The notes beneath the pieces were generated by a model. The model did not search any database and was not told where the DNA came from. It saw only the letters and a list, made by a program, of their open reading frames with translations. The position numbers and the translations under genes are program-made. A stretch of DNA of 64,000 nucleotides from Obrimoposthia wandeli (Eukaryota), in the NCBI GenBank assembly GCA_977020255.1, contig CDROCS010002432.1, positions 124,001-188,000 on the forward strand, given 5' to 3'. Positions 42,328-51,219 of the stretch are shown one piece after another (the first letter of the stretch is position 1; every line of letters starts with the position of its first letter).

Positions 42328-42411
42328 ATTTACGCCATTTGCTGCGTTGGTTCATCACTCGTGTAGAAATACCTACACTTCGCGATAAACCGCCTTGCAA
42401 CTGACGTAAAT
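42328..42411. repeat. 84-nt nested hairpin between the two spacer tRNAs
   Basis: ATTTACGCCA/TGACGTAAAT outer stem, TTGC/GCAA, GGTT/AACC, central GTGTAG-AAATAC-CTACAC. Confidence 0.75.
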
Positions 42412-42450
42412 CTGAGTTTATGTTCTAGCTTAAAGTGTGTTTCCCATTGC

Positions 42451-42526
42451 GGGGCTATAGCTCAGCTGGGAGAGCGCCTGCCTTGCACGCAGGAGGTCAG
42501 CAGTTCGATCCTGCTTAGCTCCACCA
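42451..42526 (+). tRNA. tRNA-Ala (TGC)
   Basis: GGGGCTATAGCTCAGCTGGGAGAGC...T-TGC-AC...GTTCGATC...AGCTCCACCA, 76 nt. Confidence 0.97.
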
Positions 42527-42894
42527 CTTCTTCACTAAAGAAAGAGACCAAACTTAAACTATCTCTAGTTGATAAGTTAAGTTTGGTTTTTTAAACCACG
42601 ATTTATGCCGAATGCGTGCATTAATTGAATTCTTTAACAATCTGAAAGTTGATATGTCAATATAAGGCAAATGTGTCGCGCTAAATTATAAATACCAAGC
42701 TGTTATTAATAGGAATAAAACACAGATGATTACGGGTCCTCGCGCAACCCGGTAGTTTATTTCGTTTAGTTTAAATAAATGTAATATTACCACTCTTATT
42801 CAAGACACACTTTGTGTGCGTGAAAAATGTCCTTACAATTGGTGTCGGGATTAGTCTCCGATGTGTTCTTTGTGTCTTTTGATAAGGGTTGTAT

Positions 42895-43868
42895 GGTTAA
42901 GTGACTAAGCGTATACGGTGGATGCCTTGGCACTAAGAGCCGATGAAGGACGTGGTAAGCTGCGATAAGCTCAGGTGAGGTGATAAAACCGTTATAGCCT
43001 GAGATGTCCGAATGGGGGGAAACCCACCCGTCGTAAGGCAGTACGGTATCATTAAGTGAATACATAGCTTAATGAGGCGAACAGGAGAACTGAAACATCT
43101 AAGTACCCCCGAAGGAAAAGAAATCAACCGAGATTTCCTAAGTAGCGGCGAGCGAACGGGGATCAGCCCTTAAGTGGTTTGTAAGTTAGTGGAATCTACT
43201 GGAAAGTAGAACGATACAGGGTGATAGTCCCGTACACACGAAAATAAACTTATCATGAAATCGAGTAGGTCGGCACACGTGAAACGTTGACTGAACATGG
43301 GGGACCATCCTCCAAGGCTAAATACTCCTAACTGACCGATAGTGAACCAGTACCGTGAGGGAGAAAGGCGAAAAAAGAACCCCTGTGAGGGGAGTGAAAT
43401 AGAACCTGAAACCGCATACGTACAAGCAGTGAGAGCCGGATTTAGTCCAGTGATTGCGTCGCTTTTGTATAATGGGTCAGCGACTTATATTCTGTAGCAA
43501 GGTTAACCGAATAGGGGAGCCGTAGCGAAAGCGAGTGTTAACTGCGCGTTTAGTTGCAGGGTATAGACCCGAAACCCGGCGATCTACCCATGGGCAGGTT
43601 GAAGGTTGAGTAACATCAACTGGAGTGACCGAACACACGTATGTTGAAAAATGCGGTGATGACTTGTGGGTCGGAGTGAAGGCTAATCAAGCCGGGAGAT
43701 AGCTGGTTCTCCCTGAAATCTATTTAGGTAGAGCCTCGCACGGAACATTGGGGGTAGAGCACTGTTAAGGCTAGGGGGTCATCCCGACTTACCAACCCTT
43801 TGCAAACTCCGAATACCAATGAGTGATATGCGGGAGACACACTACGGGTGCTAACGTCCGTTGTGAAG

Positions 43869-43901
<33 letters not shown>

Positions 43902-44786
43902 AAAGTACTAGTTAAGTGGGAAACGATGTGGAAAGGCATAGACAGCTAGGAGGTTGGCTTAGAAGCAGCCATCCTTTAAAGAAAGCGTAATAGCTCACTA
44001 GTCGAGTCGGTCTGCGCGGAAGATGTAACGGGCTAAACTAGTCACCGAAGCTGTGGATTTGAACTTAGGTTCGCGGTGGGCAGCGTTCTGTAAGCCGTTG
44101 AAGGTGAGTTGTGCCAAAGCTTGCTGGAGGTATCAGAAGTGCGAATGCTGACATGAGTAACGATAAGGGGAGTGAAAACTCCCCCGCCGAAAGACTCAAG
44201 GTTTCTGTCCCATGTTAATCAGGGCAGAGGTAAAGTCGGCCCCTAAGGCGAGGCGGAAACGCGTAGTCGATGGAAACAGATTAATATTTCTGTACTTCTA
44301 TATATTGCGAAGGAGGGACGGAGTAGGCTGGGTGAGCACGGCGTTGAAATTAGTCCGTGTGAAGTAGGTAGGCGGTTGACTTAGGTAAATCCGGGTCTTC
44401 ATTCAACGCTGAGATACGAGACGAGACTCTACGGAGTTGAAGTCATTGATGCCATGCTTCCTGAAAAGCTTCTAAGCTTCAGATATATAGGAACCGTACC
44501 CCAAACCGACACAGGTGGTTAGATGTAGAGAATACTAAGGCGCTTGAGAGAACTCGGGTGAAGGAACTAGGCAAAATAGTACCGTAACTTCGGGAGAAGG
44601 TACGCTCTCTAGTGTAATGAAGCCCTTGCGTGCACAGGAGTCAAGTAACCAGGTGGCTGGAACTGTTTATTAAAAAACACAGCACTGTGCAAAATCGAAA
44701 GATGACGTATACGGTGTGACGCCTGCCCGGTGCCGGAAGGTTAATTGATTGGGTTAGTTTTCGGACGAAGCTCGCGATCGAAGCCC

Positions 44787-44830
<44 letters not shown>

Positions 44831-44833
44831 GCT

Positions 44834-44870
<37 letters not shown>

Positions 44871-45255
44871 CATGGCCACACTGTCTCCACCTCGAGACTC
44901 AGTGAAATTGAAATTGGTTAAGATGCCGTATACCCGCGGCTAGACGGAAAGACCCCCGTGAACCTTTACTATAGCTTGACAGTGAACATTGCTCCTACAT
45001 GTGTAGGATAGTGGGAGACTATGAAACCATGTCGCTAGATGGCCAATGGTGGAGTCTACCTGGAAATACCACCCTTGTATGCGTGATGTTCTAATCCTAG
45101 GGCCCCTAATCGGGCTTGGGGACACTGTCTGGTGGGTAGTTTGACAGGGCGGTCTCCTCCTAAAGAGTAACGGAGGAGCACGAAGGTTGGCTAAGTACGG
45201 TCGGACATCGTACGGTTAGCAATGGCATAAGCCAGCTTAACTGCGAGACAGACAC

Positions 45256-45342
<87 letters not shown>

Positions 45343-45383
45343 GAACAGGCTGATACCGCACAAGAGTTCATATCGACGGCGGT

Positions 45384-45426
<43 letters not shown>

Positions 45427-45428
45427 TC

Positions 45429-45461
<33 letters not shown>

Positions 45462-45794
45462 TGGTACGCGAGCTGGGTTTAGAACGTCGTGAGACAGTTC
45501 GGTCCCTATCTGCCGTGGGCGTTTGAGAATTGAAGAGGGCTGCTCCTAGTACGAGAGGACCGGAGTGGACGAACCGCTGGTGTTCGGGTTGTTATGCCAA
45601 TAGCATTGCCGGTAGCTACGTTCGGAACTGATAACAGAAAGCATCTAAGCGGGAAACAGGCTTTGAGATGAGTTCTCACTGGAGCTTTAAGCTCCTAAAG
45701 GGTCGTTGGAGACTACAACGTTGATAGGTTGAATTGACAGAAGTGCTGAGAGGCATTGAGCTAACCAATACTAATTACCGTGAGGCTTAACCAT
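42895..45794 (+). rRNA. rrl: 23S rRNA (numerous small indels relative to canonical sequence)
   Basis: GGTTAAGTGACTAAGCG...GGATGCCTTGG start; GAACTGAAACATCTAAGTA, CCTCGATGTCGGCTC, AGTACGAGAGGAC; ends GAGGCTTAACCAT; ~2.9 kb with no large intervening sequence. Confidence 0.97.
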
Positions 45795-45947
45795 ACAACA
45801 CCCAAAGTGGTTTTGTAGGTTTGACTAACATTCGAAAGAATGACACACGTACATAAATAGAATTGAATAAAATTCCGAACAAAAAACGTATTTATTATCA
45901 CTTGAGACAAAGTCTCACTGATACAGCTTTCAAGATTGACCCCTTTT

Positions 45948-46065
45948 TGTCTAGCGACAATAGCGACATGGCCCCACCTGATCCCATTCCGAACTCAGAA
46001 GTGAAACGTGTTAGCGCCGATGGTAGTGTGGGAGTTCCCATGTGAGAGTAGGACATTGCTAGGCT
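45948..46065 (+). rRNA. rrf: 5S rRNA
   Basis: TGTCTAGCGAC...CCGAACTCAGAAGTGAAAC...GATGGTAGTGTGGG...TTGCTAGGC; ends pair as helix I. Confidence 0.96.
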
Positions 46066-46077
46066 TCTATTTAGAAG

Positions 46078-46105
46078 AGCCCGTTACGAAAGTGACGGGC
46101 TTTTT
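46078..46105 (+). terminator. rrn terminator 1
   Basis: AGCCCGTTAC-GAAA-GTGACGGGCT followed by TTTT. Confidence 0.9.
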
Positions 46106-46173
46106 GCTATCTGAAATTTAAAACACATACAGCTACATGGCCCCACCTGATCCCATGCCGAACTCAGAAGTTA

Positions 46174-46223
46174 CCGCTCTTAGACATCCTGTCTTCGCGG
46201 AATTAGTGCATCCATGCACGTCA
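46174..46223 (+). repeat. Double-hairpin repeat, copy 1
   Basis: CCGCTCTTAGACATCCTGTCTTCGCGGAATTAGTGCATCCATGCACGTCA. Confidence 0.85.
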
Positions 46224-46278
46224 GCGTGTTAGCGCCGGTGGTAAAGAGCGTGTGGGTGTTCTTCTCTTTTATGTGAGA

Positions 46279-46329
46279 CCGTTCTTGCACATCCATGTTC
46301 CCACGGTATTAGTGCATCCATGCACGTCA
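46279..46329 (+). repeat. Double-hairpin repeat, copy 2
   Basis: CCGTTCTTGCACATCCATGTTCCCACGGTATTAGTGCATCCATGCACGTCA; last 22 nt identical to copy 1. Confidence 0.85.
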
Positions 46330-46350
46330 TTGCTAGGCTTCTATTTAGAG

Positions 46351-46379
46351 AAACCCGATTCGAAAGCGTCGGGTTTTTT
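46351..46379 (+). terminator. rrn terminator 2, duplicated with the pseudo-5S
   Basis: AAACCCGA-TTCGAAAGCG-TCGGGTTTTTT followed by GCTATCTG, as after terminator 1. Confidence 0.85.
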
Positions 46380-46403
46380 GCTATCTGGCGTTTGAGAAAT
46401 TAA

Positions 46404-46515
46404 AGCGATAAGTCATAAGCTATCAGTTTTGAGCGGTCAGCTATCAGTTTTAAAACATAACCCACTAACAGCTGATAGCTTTGATCTGATAACTTGAAAC
46501 TGGTCACTGATCGCT
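46404..46515. repeat. Short-period array: 4 x AGCTATCAG-like then 4 x its reverse complement
   Basis: AGCGATAAG 46404, AGCTATCAG 46418, AGCGGTCAG 46432, AGCTATCAG 46439; CTGATAGCT 46472, CTGATAACT 46486, CTGGTCACT 46500, CTGATCGCT 46507. Confidence 0.75.
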
Positions 46516-46638
46516 TTGAACTTAAAGCTTCAATTAACATAGAAAAAAAGTGGGCTGGGTATCGATGAGGGGTTGTTGAGTTTGTTATGAGAAAGAGCAT
46601 CGTTCGTAATGAACGACACTCATTGTACTTATGCTGCT

Positions 46639-47382
46639 TTATGTTTTATTTTTAAACCGACGTGATATAAGCCCCATTATCCCTAATGCAAAAATAGCGA
46701 GTGTAGATGGCTCAGGTACATTTACTTCTCTTGTAGTACCTTCAATGCCTATGGTGAAGCCATTCCAATACTCATCACTTAGGCTATTCCAACTGACTTG
46801 CTCAAAAGCGCCCTTAAACTGGATAGTGCCATGAGGTTCGCCGGTTCCAAGTAATTGATATTCAAACTCTCCATTACCAAGATCGACAACCTTCTTTCTA
46901 GATGTACCGTTGCCAAAATAGCCAGGGCTTTTACCATCAACTGACCCAACAGATAAAATGTCGAAATCTTGGTTAAAGGAATAGCCATTTTCGTTTAAGC
47001 TAACATAGGAGAATACAATATTAGCTACAGATTCAGAAAAGGACAACGTTTGAGTACCTTGGTTCTGCAAGGCTATCATTTCAGACGCTGTTGGAATGTT
47101 ATCAACTACTGAACTGGTATATGGAGAAAGAGCCGCACTTTGAGAGTTTTCAAAATAATCAGTTCCCGTACCTGTCTGTAGAAAGGCAATGCCTTGCTGA
47201 TTAGTATATGTAATATCAACACTTGAGGTATTAGTTGTAAATTCTCCCAACACTTCCGTTGATGTTCCTGACTGCCAATCGGCCCAGTAGATAACGCCAG
47301 CGTTAGCTGTGTTTATCATGCAACCTGCAGATAAAGTGATACCAATCAGTGCTGTATTTAAAAATTTTGATTTCATTTGCAT
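46639..47382 (-). CDS. PEP-CTERM (exosortase-sorted) surface protein
   Basis: Signal peptide ending ANA; C-terminal VPEPSTLAIFALGIMGLISRRFKNKT. Confidence 0.92.
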   Translation of the reverse strand: MQMKSKFLNTALIGITLSAGCMINTANAGVIYWADWQSGTSTEVLGEFTTNTSSVDITYTNQQGIAFLQTGTGTDYFENSQSAALSPYTSSVVDNIPTASEMIALQNQGTQTLSFSESVANIVFSYVSLNENGYSFNQDFDILSVGSVDGKSPGYFGNGTSRKKVVDLGNGEFEYQLLGTGEPHGTIQFKGAFEQVSWNSLSDEYWNGFTIGIEGTTREVNVPEPSTLAIFALGIMGLISRRFKNKT

Positions 47383-47451
47383 TCCTTTTTAGTCTATTCC
47401 ATTAATTTGACGATAAATATATTAAAAAATTAATTTATTCATGAAATTAGA

Positions 47452-47544
47452 TACAAAATATATACCAAGATTAAAATATCTTTATAATCAATGATGTAGA
47501 ATTCGACCAAACAAGATGTTAATTTTTTGTAAAGTATCCTGACA
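47452..47544 (-). promoter_or_regulatory. Possible sigma54 promoter plus enhancer for the PEP-CTERM gene
   Basis: Minus strand TGGTAT-ATATT-TTGTA (47467-47452; -12 reads GT rather than GC) and TGTCAG-N5-TTTACA (47544-47528). Confidence 0.35.
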
Positions 47545-47847
47545 AATAAACGATCAAAATACTAATTTACATGCTCTTCCGCGTTAGTACAGTCCAGGTC
47601 AAAAACTGGATTAACTATCTAAAAGTTTCACGTTACAGCCACTAAATTGTATTTAAAATGAGTGTTGCTTAACTTTGCGATTAACTTTCAGTTAATTTCT
47701 GAAATACTCCTCCTCAATACAACAAGTTCACATCCTCAAATAGATCGCTATGACCATATATCGCTTAAATACTTACTGAAAATTGATGTACCAAAGTCTA
47801 TAACTGCTATATGTTATGGCCATTAGCATTTCATGATGGAAGTACGT

Positions 47848-48165
47848 ATGACTTTAAAAGTGAACTTAGAGCAGTTTCTTGATGAGAAGGGCGCAGTCAT
47901 TGAGCTTACCGAGCAAGCAAATCAGGTGTTTAAATTTTTGACAGAAATAGTACTATCCGTTTCGCAACATATTGAACAGCCAGTGACATTTGTTGATGTA
48001 AAGTGCAACAGTCGTGCTGAAGGGCTGACTTGCCAGGGAAGTATTGAAGCAAGCTGTATCAACAACCACATGATTGACTGGCATTGTGATTCTTGTGATA
48101 TTTCAGGAACAATTTCGAAGTGGCAAGGAACGTTGTGGGATAGGCAGAAGCGTATAATGCACTAG
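47848..48165 (+). CDS. Small Cys-rich hypothetical protein (possible zinc ribbon)
   Basis: C-x8-C...WHCDSC...WQGTLWD; followed by a terminator. Confidence 0.7.
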   Translation: MTLKVNLEQFLDEKGAVIELTEQANQVFKFLTEIVLSVSQHIEQPVTFVDVKCNSRAEGLTCQGSIEASCINNHMIDWHCDSCDISGTISKWQGTLWDRQKRIMH

Positions 48166-48192
48166 TGCTAAAATATTTATAGCTGTAGAAGC

Positions 48193-48226
48193 AACAAAGG
48201 CGTAACCGAAGTTACACCTTTGTTTT
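48193..48226 (+). terminator. Intrinsic terminator
   Basis: AACAAAGGCGTAAC-CGAA-GTTACACCTTTGTTTT. Confidence 0.75.
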
Positions 48227-49197
48227 ATTCTCTTCATTCCTTGAGAGCTATAAATCCATCTAACAGAGTATTAAATCATGTAATACTTTCGCCATCCTAG
48301 CGACTATCCTTAGTGGTTGCTCATTTGACACCATCTTGGTATCAGTCTTAATTCCGTTCCTTGACTGCTAAGCTACTTCCTGTAACTCATTGCTTCCTAG
48401 CTGTGTTAATAATACGTCACATCGATTTGCTGAGATATGTAGGCAGTAAATTTAATATGTACTTAAACTTTACCTGTTTGCTAGTGTTTTTAAATACACT
48501 TATTATTCAGAAGGTTAGGCTTGTTTTTTTTATTATATTTAAAAGGTTATTGATAATTCGCACGCAGGTTGCAGACATGTCTTACAAAAATAAGGGACAA
48601 GTTGGCAGATAAAAAAGCTGAGTGAGTCATTGTGTTCGTTTTCGAGTGAGTTTAGCGCCTCAATATTGTTGCTTTATCAAGCGTTTTTGATAAGTAACTT
48701 CTGCACTTGATTTTTGTGTGAATAAAAAGTGCAATATGAGTAGAGTTGACAGACTCATCACCTCTAGCGAGTCGTAACTTTGAAATTAGTTAAATGTTTA
48801 TTAATTAAAGGTGAGGTAATAGTTAGGAACGAGTAGTTAATACTAGTTCTTACGGAGAATGGGATTTAGGATGCTCTTGCCAGTCAGATAATAAACACCA
48901 CTTAATTGATCTTGATTAAGTGGTAGTGACGGTCATGTTTAAGTATCGTTTTCAAAATTTAGTACTAAAAATTTAAAACCGCATATGCAAAAAAAAGTTT
49001 CTGAAACCGATAAAAATGCCAGAAGGGAGTTATGAACGCAGTCACTTTCTTGGATATAAAAGTGCATTCCCCCAATTATCTCAATGCGCTCAATAAACGA
49101 ATATCAGTTCAGTGGCAAAAATCAAAACTCTTTTTTCATATCAACGAGAGTGTACTTGAACACAACGTGTTTTTCAAGACAGTTGTCGCCTAAATTG

Positions 49198-50262
49198 TTA
49201 AGCAGCTTCTTTGTTTTGCTCTGGATTTAACTCCACAGCGCCTATTGGCTGCCAGTTTCTCTCTTCTTTTGACCATCGCTTTGGATGTTCATTTCTTTTT
49301 GTCTGATATAACACTTTTCGTTTTGCTAGTATCTCAACATCCAGACCATCATGTCTCTGGCTCGGTGTCACAAACTTGATCCTGCTATGGCGATGCTCAT
49401 TGTTGTACCAATAAACAAATTCTTTTACCCATTTACGCGCTTCATCTAACGATTTAAAACCTTCGCTAGGCCAACGAGGATGATACTTTACCGTTCTAAA
49501 CAGTGATTCTGAGTACGGATTATCGTTACTTACCCTTGGGCGACTGCGTGAGGTAACAACACCTAAATCGTACATCTTAGCTCGCATCGTCAGACTCTTC
49601 ATAGGCGCACCATTATCTGAGTGCAACACTAAGTCTTTCTTCAAGCATTTCTCTGCCCAAACGCTACGCTCTAGTAGTTCTGCCGCTTGCTCACCTGTTT
49701 CGTTGTAGTGAACTTCCCAACCGACTACTTTACGGCTGTAAATGTCTTCTATCATGTACAGGTAATAGTGTTGACCTATCACCGCTGTAGGCATGTAGCT
49801 GATATCCCAACTCCACACTTCATTCTTCTTTTTAGCGGTATAACTTGTTGGCTTTTTATGAATGTTTCTCGGTTTAGCCTTACCTCGGTGGTGCAGCATG
49901 TTTTGGGCATGCAATACACGGTAAAAACTCGACTCCGATGCGATATATTCACCTCTGTCAGCGAGTATCGGCACAATTTGGCTTGGCGGTAATGAGGCAA
50001 ACTCTTCGCTGTTACAAACATCAATCACAGCTTGTCTTTCAGCTTGACTGAGTTTGTTCCCAGGCTCCGGCCTCAACGCTGTTGGCCTTTTATCTGCGCC
50101 AATTTCACCGTCTATTCGCCAACGTTGTAAGGTTCTTGTTGAGAAACCAATAACTTCACAGGCCTTATCTTGCCTCGCACCCGACGCTACGGCGGTGCTG
50201 ACCAACTGTGCATGCTTCTGCCTATCGGTCAGCGAAATTAACTGTCCTCTTTTTCCTTCCAA
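49198..50262 (-). CDS. IS3 transposase OrfB (DDE integrase core), probably expressed as an OrfAB fusion by -1 frameshift
   Basis: WSWDISY, HSDNG, SNDNPYSESLFRTVKY, WYN.EHRHS; A-rich GGAAAAAG in the orfA/orfB overlap. Confidence 0.92.
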   Translation of the reverse strand: MEGKRGQLISLTDRQKHAQLVSTAVASGARQDKACEVIGFSTRTLQRWRIDGEIGADKRPTALRPEPGNKLSQAERQAVIDVCNSEEFASLPPSQIVPILADRGEYIASESSFYRVLHAQNMLHHRGKAKPRNIHKKPTSYTAKKKNEVWSWDISYMPTAVIGQHYYLYMIEDIYSRKVVGWEVHYNETGEQAAELLERSVWAEKCLKKDLVLHSDNGAPMKSLTMRAKMYDLGVVTSRSRPRVSNDNPYSESLFRTVKYHPRWPSEGFKSLDEARKWVKEFVYWYNNEHRHSRIKFVTPSQRHDGLDVEILAKRKVLYQTKRNEHPKRWSKEERNWQPIGAVELNPEQNKEAA

Positions 50263-50738
50263 TAGGCATCGAACTTTTTTCCTAATACAAGCAATGCGGC
50301 AGCCTCTGCTAAGGCTTTTTCTTTCCTACGCAACTCACGCTCTAATTCTTTAATACGATTCTTGTCAGACTTTTGCTCAGGCGTAGTCTTTACTCTTTTT
50401 ACCTGCTTAGTCGTTGTGTTACCTGCGATACACGCTTGTTTCCATGCTTTGATTTGCTCAGGATACAAGCCTTTTACTCGACAATATTCACTTAACTCAA
50501 CTGCCGATAGTGTGGCGGTTTCCAATACAACTGAAAACTTTTCCTCACTTGACCATTTATCTGATGAACTTACTTTTGACACGTTTAAACCTGAGGTATT
50601 AAATTGCTTTTGCCAACTATACAGGGTTGAAAGGTTAATGCCTTCTTGCTCTGCAAACTTTCGAACTGACAAACCACTTTGACTGAGCTTAGTTAATATT
50701 GCTTCTTTAAACTGACTTGAATACCTTTGATAATCCAC
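50238..50738 (-). CDS. IS3 transposase OrfA (tandem HTH)
   Basis: YSSQFKEAIL, ELSEYCRVKGLYPEQI..W, RIKELERELRRKEKALAEAAALL. Confidence 0.9.
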   Translation of the reverse strand: MDYQRYSSQFKEAILTKLSQSGLSVRKFAEQEGINLSTLYSWQKQFNTSGLNVSKVSSSDKWSSEEKFSVVLETATLSAVELSEYCRVKGLYPEQIKAWKQACIAGNTTTKQVKRVKTTPEQKSDKNRIKELERELRRKEKALAEAAALLVLGKKFDAYWKEKEDS

Positions 50739-51219
50739 TTGCTTTAACTTACCGCACCCTGTTTATTTATAAAATTAATTGAGGCGACAACTATCCTGAC
50801 ACAGGGGGCAACGACTTGAACAAAATATTTTATAATCGATGCGAAACTGTATTTGCAGAATAAATGAGAATTTTGCATATATAGAAATTTGTCATCTCAA
50901 TATATTATTACTGCTTAGAATTAATATGTTTCGTAAGGTATTTTTATCAAGAGTATGTTGAACCAATGTAAAATTTTTTGGGCGTCATCATTTATGTTAT
51001 CAGGTAAATTGTGCTGTTATTTGAAATGAACCTTTGTACCCAAACCACTTGAAGATGCAGTTTCAGCGCTAAGCTAGGAAACCAGGTCAAAGCGCAGCAC
51101 AGTTTTTTTGCTCAAGACAAAAGCGTTATTAATGAAGCAGAACAACCCTAAATTAGCCATAGCTCATTTAGGCATAAAAAAAGTGATCAATACACTTTCC
51201 TTAAATCGTGTAGCTAAAT

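Larger units (their letters stand above)
46126..46338 (+). pseudogene. Second, 5'-truncated 5S rRNA copy interrupted by two ~50-bp repeat insertions
   Basis: ACATGGCCCCACCTGATCCCATGCCGAACTCAGAAGT | insert 46172-46223 | CGTGTTAGCGCCG.TGGTA...ATGTGAGA | insert 46279-46329 | TTGCTAGGCTTCTATTTAG. The 5' strand of helix I is absent. Confidence 0.85.
49172..50801 (-). mobile_element. IS3-family insertion sequence (~1.63 kb)
   Basis: orfA/orfB overlap in -1 frame. Imperfect terminal IRs TGTCAGGATAGTTGTCGCCT (50801-50782) and TTTCAAGACAGTTGTCGCCT (49172-49191). Exact ends uncertain; no target duplication seen. Confidence 0.9.

Noticed and set aside
42895-45794. Intervening sequence or intron in the 23S
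   Set aside because: Length is ~2.9 kb as expected; differences are scattered small indels.
40481-46045. ORFs listed within the rrn operon (e.g. 41624, 41721, 42796, 45160)
   Set aside because: Chance frames overlapping rRNA, tRNA and spacers; no RBS or protein motifs.
46174-46329. Repeat-spacer-repeat arrangement as a mini-CRISPR array
   Set aside because: Only two ~50-bp imperfect repeats, the spacer is 5S-derived, and there are no cas genes or leader in the window.
48361-48612. 83-aa ORF as a real gene
   Set aside because: TTG start, no RBS, low-complexity AT-rich sequence.
48674-48924. Palindromes TTATCAA-N6-TTGATAA (48674-48693) and ACCACTTAAT-N8-ATTAAGTGGT (48897-48924)
   Set aside because: No adjacent gene or U-tract gives them a role; plausible by chance in AT-rich DNA.
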